DNA from: a virus
Taxonomy: Duplodnaviria > Heunggongvirae > Uroviricota > Caudoviricetes
IMG/VR virus record: IMGVR_UViG_3300018878_000133
Span: 64,001-93,309 of that record
Reading direction: 5' to 3' (one strand)
DNA: 29,309 bases
Positions 16,901 to 25,940 of the stretch are shown here, piece by piece. The first letter of the stretch is position 1. Each line of letters opens with the position of its first letter. A program made the translations under genes and the position numbers. The notes under the pieces were generated by a model. That model worked only from the letters and a program-made list of their open reading frames with translations, had not been told where the DNA came from and did no database searches.

Positions 16901-19900
16901 ATGCCTAAAGACTCATGTTTTGTCTGGACTGACGGTGAAAAAGTATATACAGCCCAAAAAATTAAAGATAAAAACGAAAGCGTTTACTATACAACAACTG
17001 AACCAGGGCTATCTAGCTATGGTTCTGATTCAGACGATAATACACTTGAAAGCATAATTGTGGACGGAGTAGTTACAGAGATAGGTGAGTCTGACAATAA
17101 AAATGATATTACAGATATACAGACTGAGTGTACAATAAAAGTAAATGATATTACAGATACAGGCTTAAAACTAAAAGCTGGTGAATTCGTAAGATTTAGA
17201 GCACCTAATCTCACAACAGTAAAAACTTATCCTGCTTATGTTAACTATCATCTTCATTTAAACGAACCTGTAGCAAAAGAAGCTAGAGCAGCTTCTGCTA
17301 ATTCACTGTTTGCAATTTTAAATAGTGATATGGCCTCCGGATGGACAGACAACGAAAATACACCAATAAAATGGCAAAAAGTTTTAAACCATTTTACCAA
17401 CACACATAAAAAGAAATTTACGATTTCTCAAACAATTTCAGCCTATTCTGAAATCTTGGCAGAGGAATCTGATGCTTGTCCAAAGAATAACGGTAACCAT
17501 AAAAAGGGAACTGATGGCAAATGTATTTATTGCGGCAATCCGATGACAAACGTACAGGTTGGAAACATCAAAGTCGGTGTAGATAACACTATTGTTGATG
17601 TAAATGCTCCCGATGTACTAGATATTTTCAAAAAAAGCGGCTGTGTAAAGCTTATCAGTACTACTGCGGCTACAGCTTTTGTGCAAAGTGATATCAGAGG
17701 TAAGTTACCCGAAATTGTTCTAACTGATAGCGATGGCAAAGCATTTAATCCTTTTATAACTTCTGCAACGACTCTGAGTGATATCAAAGCTAGTGTGGAT
17801 AATGAAATAACGGCACTTAAAGATGTTACAGATGGCTTACCAAGATATGACTGGACTGTATCATTTGAGCTGGAATATGTTCCGTTTGAACCGACCACTC
17901 TGACTGCTTGGGAAGACTTTATTAGACAATGTAAAACTGCGCTAGACAAGGGTACAACTTTTAATAATCAGGTCTTAGACTATAAACCAGTAGAAGAAAA
18001 CCGTACTATTTTGTGGCGTATGTTTGGCGAAGGCTATGAACCTGGAAGATATGTAACAGAAGACACAGAAAAGATTTTAAAGTTCAATAAAAATTATTTT
18101 GGGTTATTAAATCAAAATAATTATCTTTTAGATGTATACTTAGTTGAAAATATTGGTATAGCTGCTAGAGTATCTATGATTTCTAATAACGAAGACTATG
18201 AGCTAGGTACAGGTGAGTACTTATGTATTGAATACACACCTTCTGCGACAACTGATGATAGTAGTAGCCAAGCAACTACAGCTGTCACAGAACTATATGA
18301 AGCAGGCACAATTATTAAGCCAAGCGGTTTTGAGCCAGGCCTAATGGATTCAAGTACATTAGATAAAACTTCAACTAAATCTGTTACTTTTAATGAGTTA
18401 AATAGCACTGTAGAGATGTATAGCATAGGTGCTAATGAGCAGATTGAAGTTAGAGAACTTGCTGAAGTAAAAATTAATAAAAGCTTCTTTAATAGTGCAG
18501 TTAGTAATCAAATTTATATTTATAAAAACTTTGATTGTGCGGAGTTAGAAAAAGCTAATGATGACCAAAGTGGTAGAAGTTATACACTAAAAGACGGGGA
18601 GTATATTTTCTATACCGATAAAAATCAAGCAGAGCTCGCATATTTTACTAGTGGTACAGTAGTTACAGCGAAAGGTAGTATTGCGCTTAAAAGCTATGAA
18701 GATATAGATATTAGCACTATCTTTGATTCAGGTATTAAAGAAATTCCTTGGAAATCTTTAAGTTTCATAGGTTCTAATGATGAATTAATTTTTAGTGAAT
18801 ATCAATATGTAACTCTAGGTGAAGGAGATACTATCTATAGTTTATCATTGGCAGATGGCGGTGACTTAACCAGTTCTGACTGGAAATATTGTACTGATGT
18901 CGCCTATACCGTTTCAGGAGCTAGTGAGGACGAGCTTGAACAGGGACTGGACCCGGTAAGGCTTTCATTTGATAATAATGAAACTACCGAAAAGGGTCTT
19001 GGTTGGGAAGCCCAGTGCAGCTTAGCTTTAAATGTATCAGGTGCTGATTCACAAACCTTGCGTAATGATGGTATAGTCAAAACTAGTTTAAAACTCTCTA
19101 GTGCAGGTATTTCTGATACCAAATCTTTGAAGCTTGAGCCAACTGAAGGAAACACGCTATCTTTTAAAACAAATCTTGCATGTGCTACGAATGGTACAAT
19201 TAATGTAAATGACGTAGTATATAACCCTAATAAGTTAACAGGTTTTAAATTAAAAATTTTTACTGATGAATCTCCTGCCATTGTAAAAACTGAACCAGGT
19301 AGAACTGTTCAATTAGAAAAAGAAAGAGAAACCTTAAAAAACGGACAAGGACTTAGCGACTTCACTAAGTGGGTAGGTGAAACGCTAGACTTAAGTGAAA
19401 AAGGCTATTCTGATATTTGGAATACCGTGGATTTAACTAGAATTAATAGTAATAAACTTGATGAGGACACTGGTAAATACTATGACAATGCTTTAAAGCT
19501 ATCAACTAGTCTATTGCCTGATACTTACGGTCTATTTAGTATTTATATAAACTACGCCAGTGATGATCCAGCTGAAGCAAATTCGATGTCTACGTGGTTA
19601 GAGGTTATTCCAGGAACAAAACATGATGACATCACTCTATTTAATACAGACGAACCCTCTTGGACAAATGGTATAGCACAGATAAATACGGCTGATAAAT
19701 TACACTTAAGTCCAGGCATAAATTGCATACGAGTAAATAAATCTGGTACATTCTTTATTAAGACTTCTGAAGGGTCAAAAGGTACTCTTTCTTTTGATGA
19801 CATTCGATTAGTAGATTACAAGCTTGTACTGGAAGAAGGCAATACAGGTTCTAGTATTGCTTCTGCAACATATGGACTAAACCTAGATCAGTTAGGCTAT

Positions 19901-22684
19901 CAGATTATCGACGACCCAGTACTAAATATAAAGGTACTTAATCAACTTATTGAAAACAGTGTAGCTACAGCCTACTCGCAAGTAAATGAGCTAAAAAGTA
20001 AAAATGACGAAGAAATATCTGAGCTGTATAATACATTAATTGATGTTAAGCCAAGCATTGAAAAAATAATTGATTTTGCCACTACAGCCAAGACCGAACT
20101 CGAGTCCTTAATTACTGTTGAAAATGACACATATAGCTGGGATAAAGAGTTTAATACTACAATTCTTGACAAATATGCGCAAATAGCTACAACATTAAAT
20201 AAAGAGAAAGCTTTGTTGGATGCATTAACTGAGTATAAGGAAAAGGACGACCTGGAATTACAATTAGTTAGTATACTAAAAGATCTAGTAGATGTTAATA
20301 CTATTCAACAGCAGATTTTATCAGAATTAGCTTACCTTACAGACTCAATTAATCAAAATAACATAACCTTTGCGGAAGATGCTATATTAAATGACTTTGA
20401 AAATGTTGCCCATGGAGTAGACTCTGAGGGGTTAATCAAGGAACTTAAAACAGCTAGCATTGAAAAAATAAATACCGATTATAATGCAAAATTAGCTGTT
20501 ATACTAGAAGACCTCGAGCAGGTAGCTGATTTTGAAGGTAGAACCAGGTTAATTTCTGTATTAGAAAATCTTATTACGGCAGAGCACTATCCAGAACTTG
20601 TCTCAAAAGTAAATCAATTAGTTGAAACTGCTAATAACGATCAAATAGACAGCTATTTAGACACACTTTCGACTAGTGCTAAGGAGGCTGACTACTTAAT
20701 GATGTCTTCGGTGCTACGGAATTTAAAAATGATGCTAGAAGAAGAAAATCTACCAATTTTAATAAGCGAAATTGAGCAGCTGGCAAATAAAAATTCTTAT
20801 GCACAGTTAGATGCCGTGTTAGCTCAATTAAGCATATTGTTAACCAAAAGCTCTAGTGACGTAGGCAACCTAGAAAGTTCTGACCCTATTGAGATTATTA
20901 ATGCATTAATAGATGAGGTTGATTTAAAACTTGACAGCACTGCAGAGCCTTCACCAGATCAAAGTATTATCGAAGGCGTAGAAAATCTACATAATGAATA
21001 CTATAACACCTATAGAGAAACATTAGATGCGTTGGTTGTTGAACTTACTGGTATTTTAAGTTCATTTGACTATGATTACTACAATGATGTTATCGAAAGT
21101 ATAAATATCGTAAAAGATGAACAAGCTATTGAGGCTCTAGATAACATTGAGCTAATTACAGCAGTGAGAGACACAGATATTGCAAATGTCGAGAGTATTA
21201 GTTTAGATACTCTATTGACTTTTGACTTTGGAAAAGCAGCAGTACTCGCTGTTTGGCCAAGTTATATGTATGAGGATCTAGCTGACGGTTTTAAGGCTAT
21301 GTCTACCTTTGTCTATGATAGTGCTACTAACCTAGACAATGTATCAGATTCAGATTCTATGGATGGCGATAATGACTACAAGTCTGTTTTTTACTATACA
21401 GACAGTACAGGAACCGAAAAACTTCGTACTACTTTAGCTGAAGCCGCGAATGTGGAAAGTTTTATAGCTTTATTCGATAAAGTTAAATCTCTTGCTCTGC
21501 AACATGAACAGAAAAAGGTAATAGAAAACTTTATTAACTCTCTAAGTTTTACCATATTGCAATTGCCTAGCAGTATAACTGATAGTTTAACTGCAATAAA
21601 AGGTGGCGATGATAGTGCTAGAAATACTATCATAAACAGTATATATGACAAGCTTAGTCGACTTACTAATGCTGATAATGTTAGTAGCTTTACTATCATC
21701 GAAAAGCAGCAACTATTGGCAGCACTAAAAGAAGAACTTAATGGCATTATTAGTACAGACACAAAGCTACTTAATGTAGTATCAAATTTACTGTGTCCAA
21801 GCATCACTCTATATGAAGAGAACTATCCAGAGTTTACTGCTAAGGAAGATGATTTTTATAGCAAAGTAACTGATCTTGCTAATAATGTCAAATCAGCATT
21901 TACTGGTTATACTTCTAATACCGAGAGTGCTTTGTTAGATGCTATTAAAGATTATATAAGTGACCTCAGTAATGTAGTAGTAAGCGAGTCAAATGCACCA
22001 TCTTATGCAGATTATTCTGATAAAAACTTGCTAAATAAACTACAGAGTAAACAAGATCTGCTAGATTGGCTTGTAAATGTTGATATTACAAATAATGAAT
22101 TAGTTGACGAGTCTTTGTTACCGGATTCATATCGAGAGAGAGTGCTAGATCTCATAGATAAAAGTGTTGTATATAACAAAATTAAAACTGTTTTTGATGC
22201 AATTAGCAATGAATTTGATAGAACTAAGCCTGACGAAAATACCGAAGACAAGAGTATTATTCTTAGAAGCTGGACAAATGCTTTAAGTGCATGGTTAGCT
22301 ATTAATGTATTAGACGAAACAAATGATATTGAGGCAAGTCTTAAGATAGCTATGAATAATCTTTCTGACAGTCTTGATAAGCTAGAAGAAGACGCAGGTA
22401 AGTCTAAAGAACTTCTTGAGCTAGAAAAAGTACTAACACAAGAAAAGCAGCTTTTAGCTGAGATAAAAGATTTGGACAAAAATAATGACTTCTATTATAA
22501 TGTTCCGATAGAAAGCTCGCTTGCTATAGAGTTTACTGAAGGTGATAAAAAATTAAATACCTTATTAAATCCGAGAACTAATTATGATGTTAATAATGTA
22601 AATAATAACTTTGTTATTTCAAAATTAGATATTGACTATCTAACTGACGGCATTCAAGTTGCTCGTTCTTCTAAATTAAATTAA
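13931..22684 (+). CDS. giant baseplate wedge protein (gp6 / baseplate-J-like N-terminus, 2917 aa)
   Basis: N-terminal WDPTSTNESDPGIVILK...LNYNID...EAFMPTA...S...LGY and later FETLVTCRDY are gp6/BpJ-type motifs; follows the gp25-like gene; single uninterrupted ORF. Confidence 0.8.
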   Translation: MLTKNEITALNLSPTKKDFVQIWNELLEVAGKLSERWDPTSTNESDPGIVILKALTGIADKLNYNIDKNTLEAFMPTAAQEDSMRKLCEMLGYNIKYYRSAETTVTIKYYNPDPSEEEANVMNMKDGQHLEIPKFTVITNGDKDIYYFTTNETPRIISAASPITDPPIPCMEGQLVKCEGAGDNSVITINHISERNRFYLPETQVAENGIFVYNVFGDTSKGSLVDGTPWTRVDNLNIVPRGTRSFKFGFDSYESRPYIEFPEDYSELFNDGLFIYYARTSGISGNVSPRTLTQLEPPTSGYWSKVSAESFSVENSFSANNGANIETISQAYNNFKKTVGTFETLVTCRDYMNKIYSMVDDGGRSLVSNILVTDIRNDINRAVTICSCDDAGIFYKDTPVFIKKTVDTEITEGLLEEGKLVSQGITKHGEFKSVGKDYGEPVYQYTDEGIEFKHLAEEDITGDLVHQKTIPGTPVSQGITPGTPVSQGVTPGNREHVDTKPGNLELWESNEDDPEFIEDAGYENYTHVSEANKPYFSSNPATKVIDGVEVTTYWRTYNENGFPLYPSEFIITSGASSKTFDTTKTGIVQEGTSNGRRVWLVMQNDSPTSTLYYYTNLPIEEISIKYPIKKYLVTKTYKQIDTEEYVQTNTEKFLQVDTEKFIQTDTAEYLRTNIEKYVKTDTKHYLQTDTENFEKTDVETFLQTNIKHQIAETLVKEEPTIDHFDLVLYPFKSYTQLSSESKSIRKPYDSSFTYSNANLSTIEQQLDTNSKTLAHKIQTPRKDDILSINNYLRLNVTIATNSKITEEEANILKEHIKIALANAFNMHELDFGEEIPFDSIIEVIENADPNIRVASLNDPTLYTTFSVLTDVDGNGVLEPIEYAVASSWLSEDEAKSVPNLDFETEIKFKEDDKYPEIGTFNTKKAKSIYNKLVVRNILAGRVPLFKYNNTFKTSFAEAPYLVTTGLSNSGTDTLKTEAPAALPDGVTTDYMPKDSCFVWTDGEKVYTAQKIKDKNESVYYTTTEPGLSSYGSDSDDNTLESIIVDGVVTEIGESDNKNDITDIQTECTIKVNDITDTGLKLKAGEFVRFRAPNLTTVKTYPAYVNYHLHLNEPVAKEARAASANSLFAILNSDMASGWTDNENTPIKWQKVLNHFTNTHKKKFTISQTISAYSEILAEESDACPKNNGNHKKGTDGKCIYCGNPMTNVQVGNIKVGVDNTIVDVNAPDVLDIFKKSGCVKLISTTAATAFVQSDIRGKLPEIVLTDSDGKAFNPFITSATTLSDIKASVDNEITALKDVTDGLPRYDWTVSFELEYVPFEPTTLTAWEDFIRQCKTALDKGTTFNNQVLDYKPVEENRTILWRMFGEGYEPGRYVTEDTEKILKFNKNYFGLLNQNNYLLDVYLVENIGIAARVSMISNNEDYELGTGEYLCIEYTPSATTDDSSSQATTAVTELYEAGTIIKPSGFEPGLMDSSTLDKTSTKSVTFNELNSTVEMYSIGANEQIEVRELAEVKINKSFFNSAVSNQIYIYKNFDCAELEKANDDQSGRSYTLKDGEYIFYTDKNQAELAYFTSGTVVTAKGSIALKSYEDIDISTIFDSGIKEIPWKSLSFIGSNDELIFSEYQYVTLGEGDTIYSLSLADGGDLTSSDWKYCTDVAYTVSGASEDELEQGLDPVRLSFDNNETTEKGLGWEAQCSLALNVSGADSQTLRNDGIVKTSLKLSSAGISDTKSLKLEPTEGNTLSFKTNLACATNGTINVNDVVYNPNKLTGFKLKIFTDESPAIVKTEPGRTVQLEKERETLKNGQGLSDFTKWVGETLDLSEKGYSDIWNTVDLTRINSNKLDEDTGKYYDNALKLSTSLLPDTYGLFSIYINYASDDPAEANSMSTWLEVIPGTKHDDITLFNTDEPSWTNGIAQINTADKLHLSPGINCIRVNKSGTFFIKTSEGSKGTLSFDDIRLVDYKLVLEEGNTGSSIASATYGLNLDQLGYQIIDDPVLNIKVLNQLIENSVATAYSQVNELKSKNDEEISELYNTLIDVKPSIEKIIDFATTAKTELESLITVENDTYSWDKEFNTTILDKYAQIATTLNKEKALLDALTEYKEKDDLELQLVSILKDLVDVNTIQQQILSELAYLTDSINQNNITFAEDAILNDFENVAHGVDSEGLIKELKTASIEKINTDYNAKLAVILEDLEQVADFEGRTRLISVLENLITAEHYPELVSKVNQLVETANNDQIDSYLDTLSTSAKEADYLMMSSVLRNLKMMLEEENLPILISEIEQLANKNSYAQLDAVLAQLSILLTKSSSDVGNLESSDPIEIINALIDEVDLKLDSTAEPSPDQSIIEGVENLHNEYYNTYRETLDALVVELTGILSSFDYDYYNDVIESINIVKDEQAIEALDNIELITAVRDTDIANVESISLDTLLTFDFGKAAVLAVWPSYMYEDLADGFKAMSTFVYDSATNLDNVSDSDSMDGDNDYKSVFYYTDSTGTEKLRTTLAEAANVESFIALFDKVKSLALQHEQKKVIENFINSLSFTILQLPSSITDSLTAIKGGDDSARNTIINSIYDKLSRLTNADNVSSFTIIEKQQLLAALKEELNGIISTDTKLLNVVSNLLCPSITLYEENYPEFTAKEDDFYSKVTDLANNVKSAFTGYTSNTESALLDAIKDYISDLSNVVVSESNAPSYADYSDKNLLNKLQSKQDLLDWLVNVDITNNELVDESLLPDSYRERVLDLIDKSVVYNKIKTVFDAISNEFDRTKPDENTEDKSIILRSWTNALSAWLAINVLDETNDIEASLKIAMNNLSDSLDKLEEDAGKSKELLELEKVLTQEKQLLAEIKDLDKNNDFYYNVPIESSLAIEFTEGDKKLNTLLNPRTNYDVNNVNNNFVISKLDIDYLTDGIQVARSSKLN
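15341..15406 (+). repeat. in-frame 30-bp tandem repeat (about 2.2 copies; PGTPVSQG[IV]T)
   Basis: ccaggtaccccggtttctcaaggtatcact / cctggtactccggtttctcaaggtgtcact / cctggt; a degenerate VSQGIT copy lies at 15191-15208. Confidence 0.9.
15851..16042 (+). repeat. in-frame 24-bp / 8-aa degenerate tandem repeat (8 copies)
   Basis: DTEEYVQT NTEKFLQV DTEKFIQT DTAEYLRT NIEKYVKT DTKHYLQT DTENFEKT DVETFLQT. Confidence 0.85.
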
Positions 22685-22700
22685 ATGGAGGTACTAATTA

Positions 22701-23504
22701 ATGATTAATTTTTATAATCAAGTTCCTTCTATCTACACAAACGCTTCTAGAGACTTTCAGTATCTAAGCTGGTTAATCAACATTGTGCTTAACGCTGTTA
22801 AGCACAATGTTGATGACTTATATAATTTGCCTAATACAAAAGCAAATTCTAAGTTAACTGAGTTACTTGCACTAACACTTGGATTCAAAGTAAAGCGTAA
22901 TTATAATAAAAAACAGCTTTTAGCAATTGCAAGCGTACTGCCGCTCATATTAAAATATAAAGGGTCTGAAAAGGCAGTTGAAATTGCCGCCGAAGCTTTA
23001 GTTGCCGCTGCAGGTGTCTCAAGCAGTTTCGATCCTACGAATTTTATGGAAATTGAAGATAATTGTTTAGTAGTAACGTTTCCAAAAGACTTGGTAGATA
23101 TTGTCTTATTTATGGATCTTATACCGTATATTTTACCTGCTGGTATGACCTGCAGAGTGTCTAGACAGAATAAATATAGTGATACTTATATTACTGAAGT
23201 TAAGGTACATAATGCATTACAGGCTGACTTCGTACAAGACTTGGGTTGGTATGAAGATGCTAAAACAAGTACTGGTTTATCTGAGTTATTTAAAGTTGGT
23301 GAGCATAAACCTTATTTTGATAACCTCGAAAGCACTTCAAATGATCCAGATGCTGCAGATGATAATTATTTATTGCATACAGGTCTGTTATTTAATACAA
23401 TTATACCTGTGCTAGAAAATAGCTTAGGAATAACGCCTGTGCAGCAACTAGAAGTGGATATAGAAGTGGAAAGTACTGAAAAAGAAGGAGATAATGAGGA
23501 ATAA
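22701..23504 (+). CDS. baseplate wedge protein (P2 gpI / gp7-like)
   Basis: VPSIY...SRDFQ...LTELLALTLGF...LKYKGSEKAV...YILPAG pattern and position after the gp6-like gene. Confidence 0.6.
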   Translation: MINFYNQVPSIYTNASRDFQYLSWLINIVLNAVKHNVDDLYNLPNTKANSKLTELLALTLGFKVKRNYNKKQLLAIASVLPLILKYKGSEKAVEIAAEALVAAAGVSSSFDPTNFMEIEDNCLVVTFPKDLVDIVLFMDLIPYILPAGMTCRVSRQNKYSDTYITEVKVHNALQADFVQDLGWYEDAKTSTGLSELFKVGEHKPYFDNLESTSNDPDAADDNYLLHTGLLFNTIIPVLENSLGITPVQQLEVDIEVESTEKEGDNEE

Positions 23505-23507
23505 TAT

Positions 23508-24023
23508 ATGAAAAATACAGCTATAAACAATATTAGTTATACTGGGATAGTTACGCTATCCCAGTATACGAATGGTAAAAAATTCATAATTGCACAAAAG
23601 CATAACGCTGGTAAACACCCTTTATTTGATTTTTTAGTAGACTGTCTTGCTGGTAATTTTGAACTGGCTAGGAAAAATATGCCTAGTAAAATTATGTTAC
23701 TAAAATCTAATAAAAATATTACAGATACTGAAGTCTATGATAGCAAGTCTCAGTTTATTTTTAGACAAACAATACCAGAAAAGGTAAATGATTCAGAAAA
23801 GGACAAAGTACGGTATAGCTTTGTAATACCTAGAACTGTTTTGGAAACTGCAGATTTTGATGCAATCGGCCTATATACTGATTCAAATCAATGCAGTACC
23901 GCTACTGAAATTAACGATTATGCGGCAATATGTAAATTAACAGAAGAAAATAAGGATTCGGCTCTTACTATGTCCGCCTCAACGGCTTTAGTTATAGACT
24001 GGGAACTTATTATTTCTAATTAA
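23508..24023 (+). CDS. putative structural (baseplate/tail-fibre attachment) protein
   Basis: Operon position and beta-rich composition, ending LVIDWELIISN. Confidence 0.5.
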   Translation: MKNTAINNISYTGIVTLSQYTNGKKFIIAQKHNAGKHPLFDFLVDCLAGNFELARKNMPSKIMLLKSNKNITDTEVYDSKSQFIFRQTIPEKVNDSEKDKVRYSFVIPRTVLETADFDAIGLYTDSNQCSTATEINDYAAICKLTEENKDSALTMSASTALVIDWELIISN

Positions 24024-24038
24024 GGAGTGAAATAATCA

Positions 24039-25142
24039 ATGTTAATGTTTAACGAAACACATCGATATAGTAATAACGGTCCAATGCTAGCTTTTGTGAA
24101 AAGTACTAATATTCAAGCGTATCCTTGCGGAAGAAGAAGTGCGGCAATAAACAATGGTGACACTTTCATTCCTTTTGACCCAGAATCTAGATTAAATACA
24201 GAGGCGAATATTAGAAAAAACTCTAGTTTAAACGGTTTTACTCAAACCTATGTAAAAGAGTGGAATAGTACTAATGCTTTATTATCATTAGTTCTCGCAG
24301 GATACATTTTTGATATTAAGCTAGAATCAGGTTATAAGACCTATACAGACTTTGCTAACAATTTAAAACAAAAGCTAGTAGGCGAAGCAGATATTAGTCG
24401 TATTTATGCTAATATCTTTCTTGAAGAAGCAAAGCTTTATCAAGACACAGAAAATACAAATTTAACATATGCAACACTAGTACTACGCAATCAATCCAAA
24501 TCTAACGATGGTAAGGAAGCTTGGGGTGAGACAAGCATAGACTTACCTATTAATACTAATAACAATAATAGTACAGTTATTACAGAGTACTACTTTTCTG
24601 GGCTATCTTTCTCTACAGTGCCACTAACCAACACAGCAGCACTTATTACTAGAGATATTAGTTATGAAGAGGGCAGAGTAGAGAATGAAGCAAGGAAAAG
24701 ACAATGGGTATCTTTATGTATTTTAGAAAAAAAAGATGGTATCTGGGATATTCATCAGCCTGCTTTACTTCCTAAAATTGAACATGGTGATACGGAGGGC
24801 TCAATAAAGCTGTTTGGCAATATTGATGCAACAGGAAAGCTTGAAATAACTGATGATATTAAAGCTGGCGGGACGATTGTAGCTGATGGTGATATTGAAA
24901 CAAAAGGTGGTCTGGTATTTAGCGGTAATGATGCCAGTAACATTACTGGTGTAAAAAACATTACAGCTACTGGTGATATTAGCACAGCAAGTCTTTCAAC
25001 AAGTGAACTAAAGTATGATGGCATACCACTACATAAGCTAGTTACTGATAAAATAGGCGATGATGAAAATGGAAATGAAATATATCAGCTAAAATTTATC
25101 AGCACGACAAAAGAGAATAATATATCTAAGAGCTCAAATTAA
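24039..25142 (+). CDS. putative tail fibre/spike protein with C-terminal Gly-periodic beta-helix repeats
   Basis: GNIDAT GKLEIT DDIKAG GTIVAD GDIETK GGLVFS...GDISTA roughly 6-aa periodicity (about 24816-24990). Confidence 0.55.
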   Translation: MLMFNETHRYSNNGPMLAFVKSTNIQAYPCGRRSAAINNGDTFIPFDPESRLNTEANIRKNSSLNGFTQTYVKEWNSTNALLSLVLAGYIFDIKLESGYKTYTDFANNLKQKLVGEADISRIYANIFLEEAKLYQDTENTNLTYATLVLRNQSKSNDGKEAWGETSIDLPINTNNNNSTVITEYYFSGLSFSTVPLTNTAALITRDISYEEGRVENEARKRQWVSLCILEKKDGIWDIHQPALLPKIEHGDTEGSIKLFGNIDATGKLEITDDIKAGGTIVADGDIETKGGLVFSGNDASNITGVKNITATGDISTASLSTSELKYDGIPLHKLVTDKIGDDENGNEIYQLKFISTTKENNISKSSN

Positions 25143-25178
25143 TAATTTGTTAATTTATTAAAAACTTAAATATTATTG

Positions 25179-25194
25179 GCTAAATTAAATGATA
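25179..25194 (+). promoter_or_regulatory. candidate late-promoter motif GCTAAATTAWWTGATA (second copy)
   Basis: GCTAAATTAAATGATA about 30 bp upstream of the 25226 start. Confidence 0.5.
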
Positions 25195-25225
25195 TAAAAA
25201 TGCATTTTAAGGAGATCATCTAATT

Positions 25226-25831
25226 ATGCCAGGTTGGTTTTTAAATATACTTGCTACTGTTGGAACACTTATTTTAACACTTTCTGTTACTTTTATTTTT
25301 AATAAGATGGTAGGTTTACCTAAAGAATTAAAAAAACAAAGAGAAGCAGAAAAAGCTAAAGAAGAATTACTTAAGCAAGAAAATTTAGCTAGAGATGCTA
25401 AAATAGCTTCTCTTGAAGCAGCTATAAATGCTCTCCCGGGCTATAGAGCTCAGAGCCTGCAAATTCAGGCACAACTTCAAAATACTGATAGAGAACTTTT
25501 ACAGGTATGTAATGAGATTAAAAACGGAGTAATTGATAATCAGCATACCTTAAATGAGCGCTTAGATCGTCTAGAAAAACGTGAGAAAAATGCTATTCGC
25601 GCTAAATTGTTAGATGAATATAGATTGTTTACAGATGAGACAAAAAATCCTATGTTAGCTTGGTCTGAAATGGAACATCACGCTTTCTTTGAGCTGGTTA
25701 AAGACTATGAAGATTTAAATGGTAATGATTATGTACACAGTACTGTTATTCCAGCAATGAATGAACTTGCAGTAATTCCTATGAGTGATAAAACAGCACT
25801 AGCAAAATTAATGAATAGTAGAAAATTATAA
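25226..25831 (+). CDS. membrane-anchored coiled-coil protein, possible holin-like lysis accessory
   Basis: N-terminal TM (FLNILATVGTLILTLSVTFIF), coiled coil, and C-terminal IRAKLLDEY...Y.DLNGND resembling the R..l...Y...Y..LgGNg tail of Firmicutes-phage holin-like proteins. Confidence 0.5.
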   Translation: MPGWFLNILATVGTLILTLSVTFIFNKMVGLPKELKKQREAEKAKEELLKQENLARDAKIASLEAAINALPGYRAQSLQIQAQLQNTDRELLQVCNEIKNGVIDNQHTLNERLDRLEKREKNAIRAKLLDEYRLFTDETKNPMLAWSEMEHHAFFELVKDYEDLNGNDYVHSTVIPAMNELAVIPMSDKTALAKLMNSRKL

Positions 25832-25835
25832 TAAT

Positions 25836-25866
25836 AAAGGGTTCGTCAAAAGACGGGCCTTTTTAA
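25836..25866 (+). terminator. intrinsic terminator
   Basis: AAAGGGTTCGTC-AAAA-GACGGGCCTTT followed by a T tract. Confidence 0.75.
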
Positions 25867-25880
25867 TTTTGTAAAAGTGT

Positions 25881-25905
25881 ATTGTATAATATATGGTGAT
25901 ATAAT
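25881..25905 (+). promoter_or_regulatory. putative promoter(s) for the topoisomerase genes
   Basis: ATTGTATAATA (TATAAT 25885-25890) plus an extended -10 TGATATAAT (25897-25905). Confidence 0.55.
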
Positions 25906-25940
25906 AACAGAAAAAATGATATAAAGGAGTAGAATATTAA

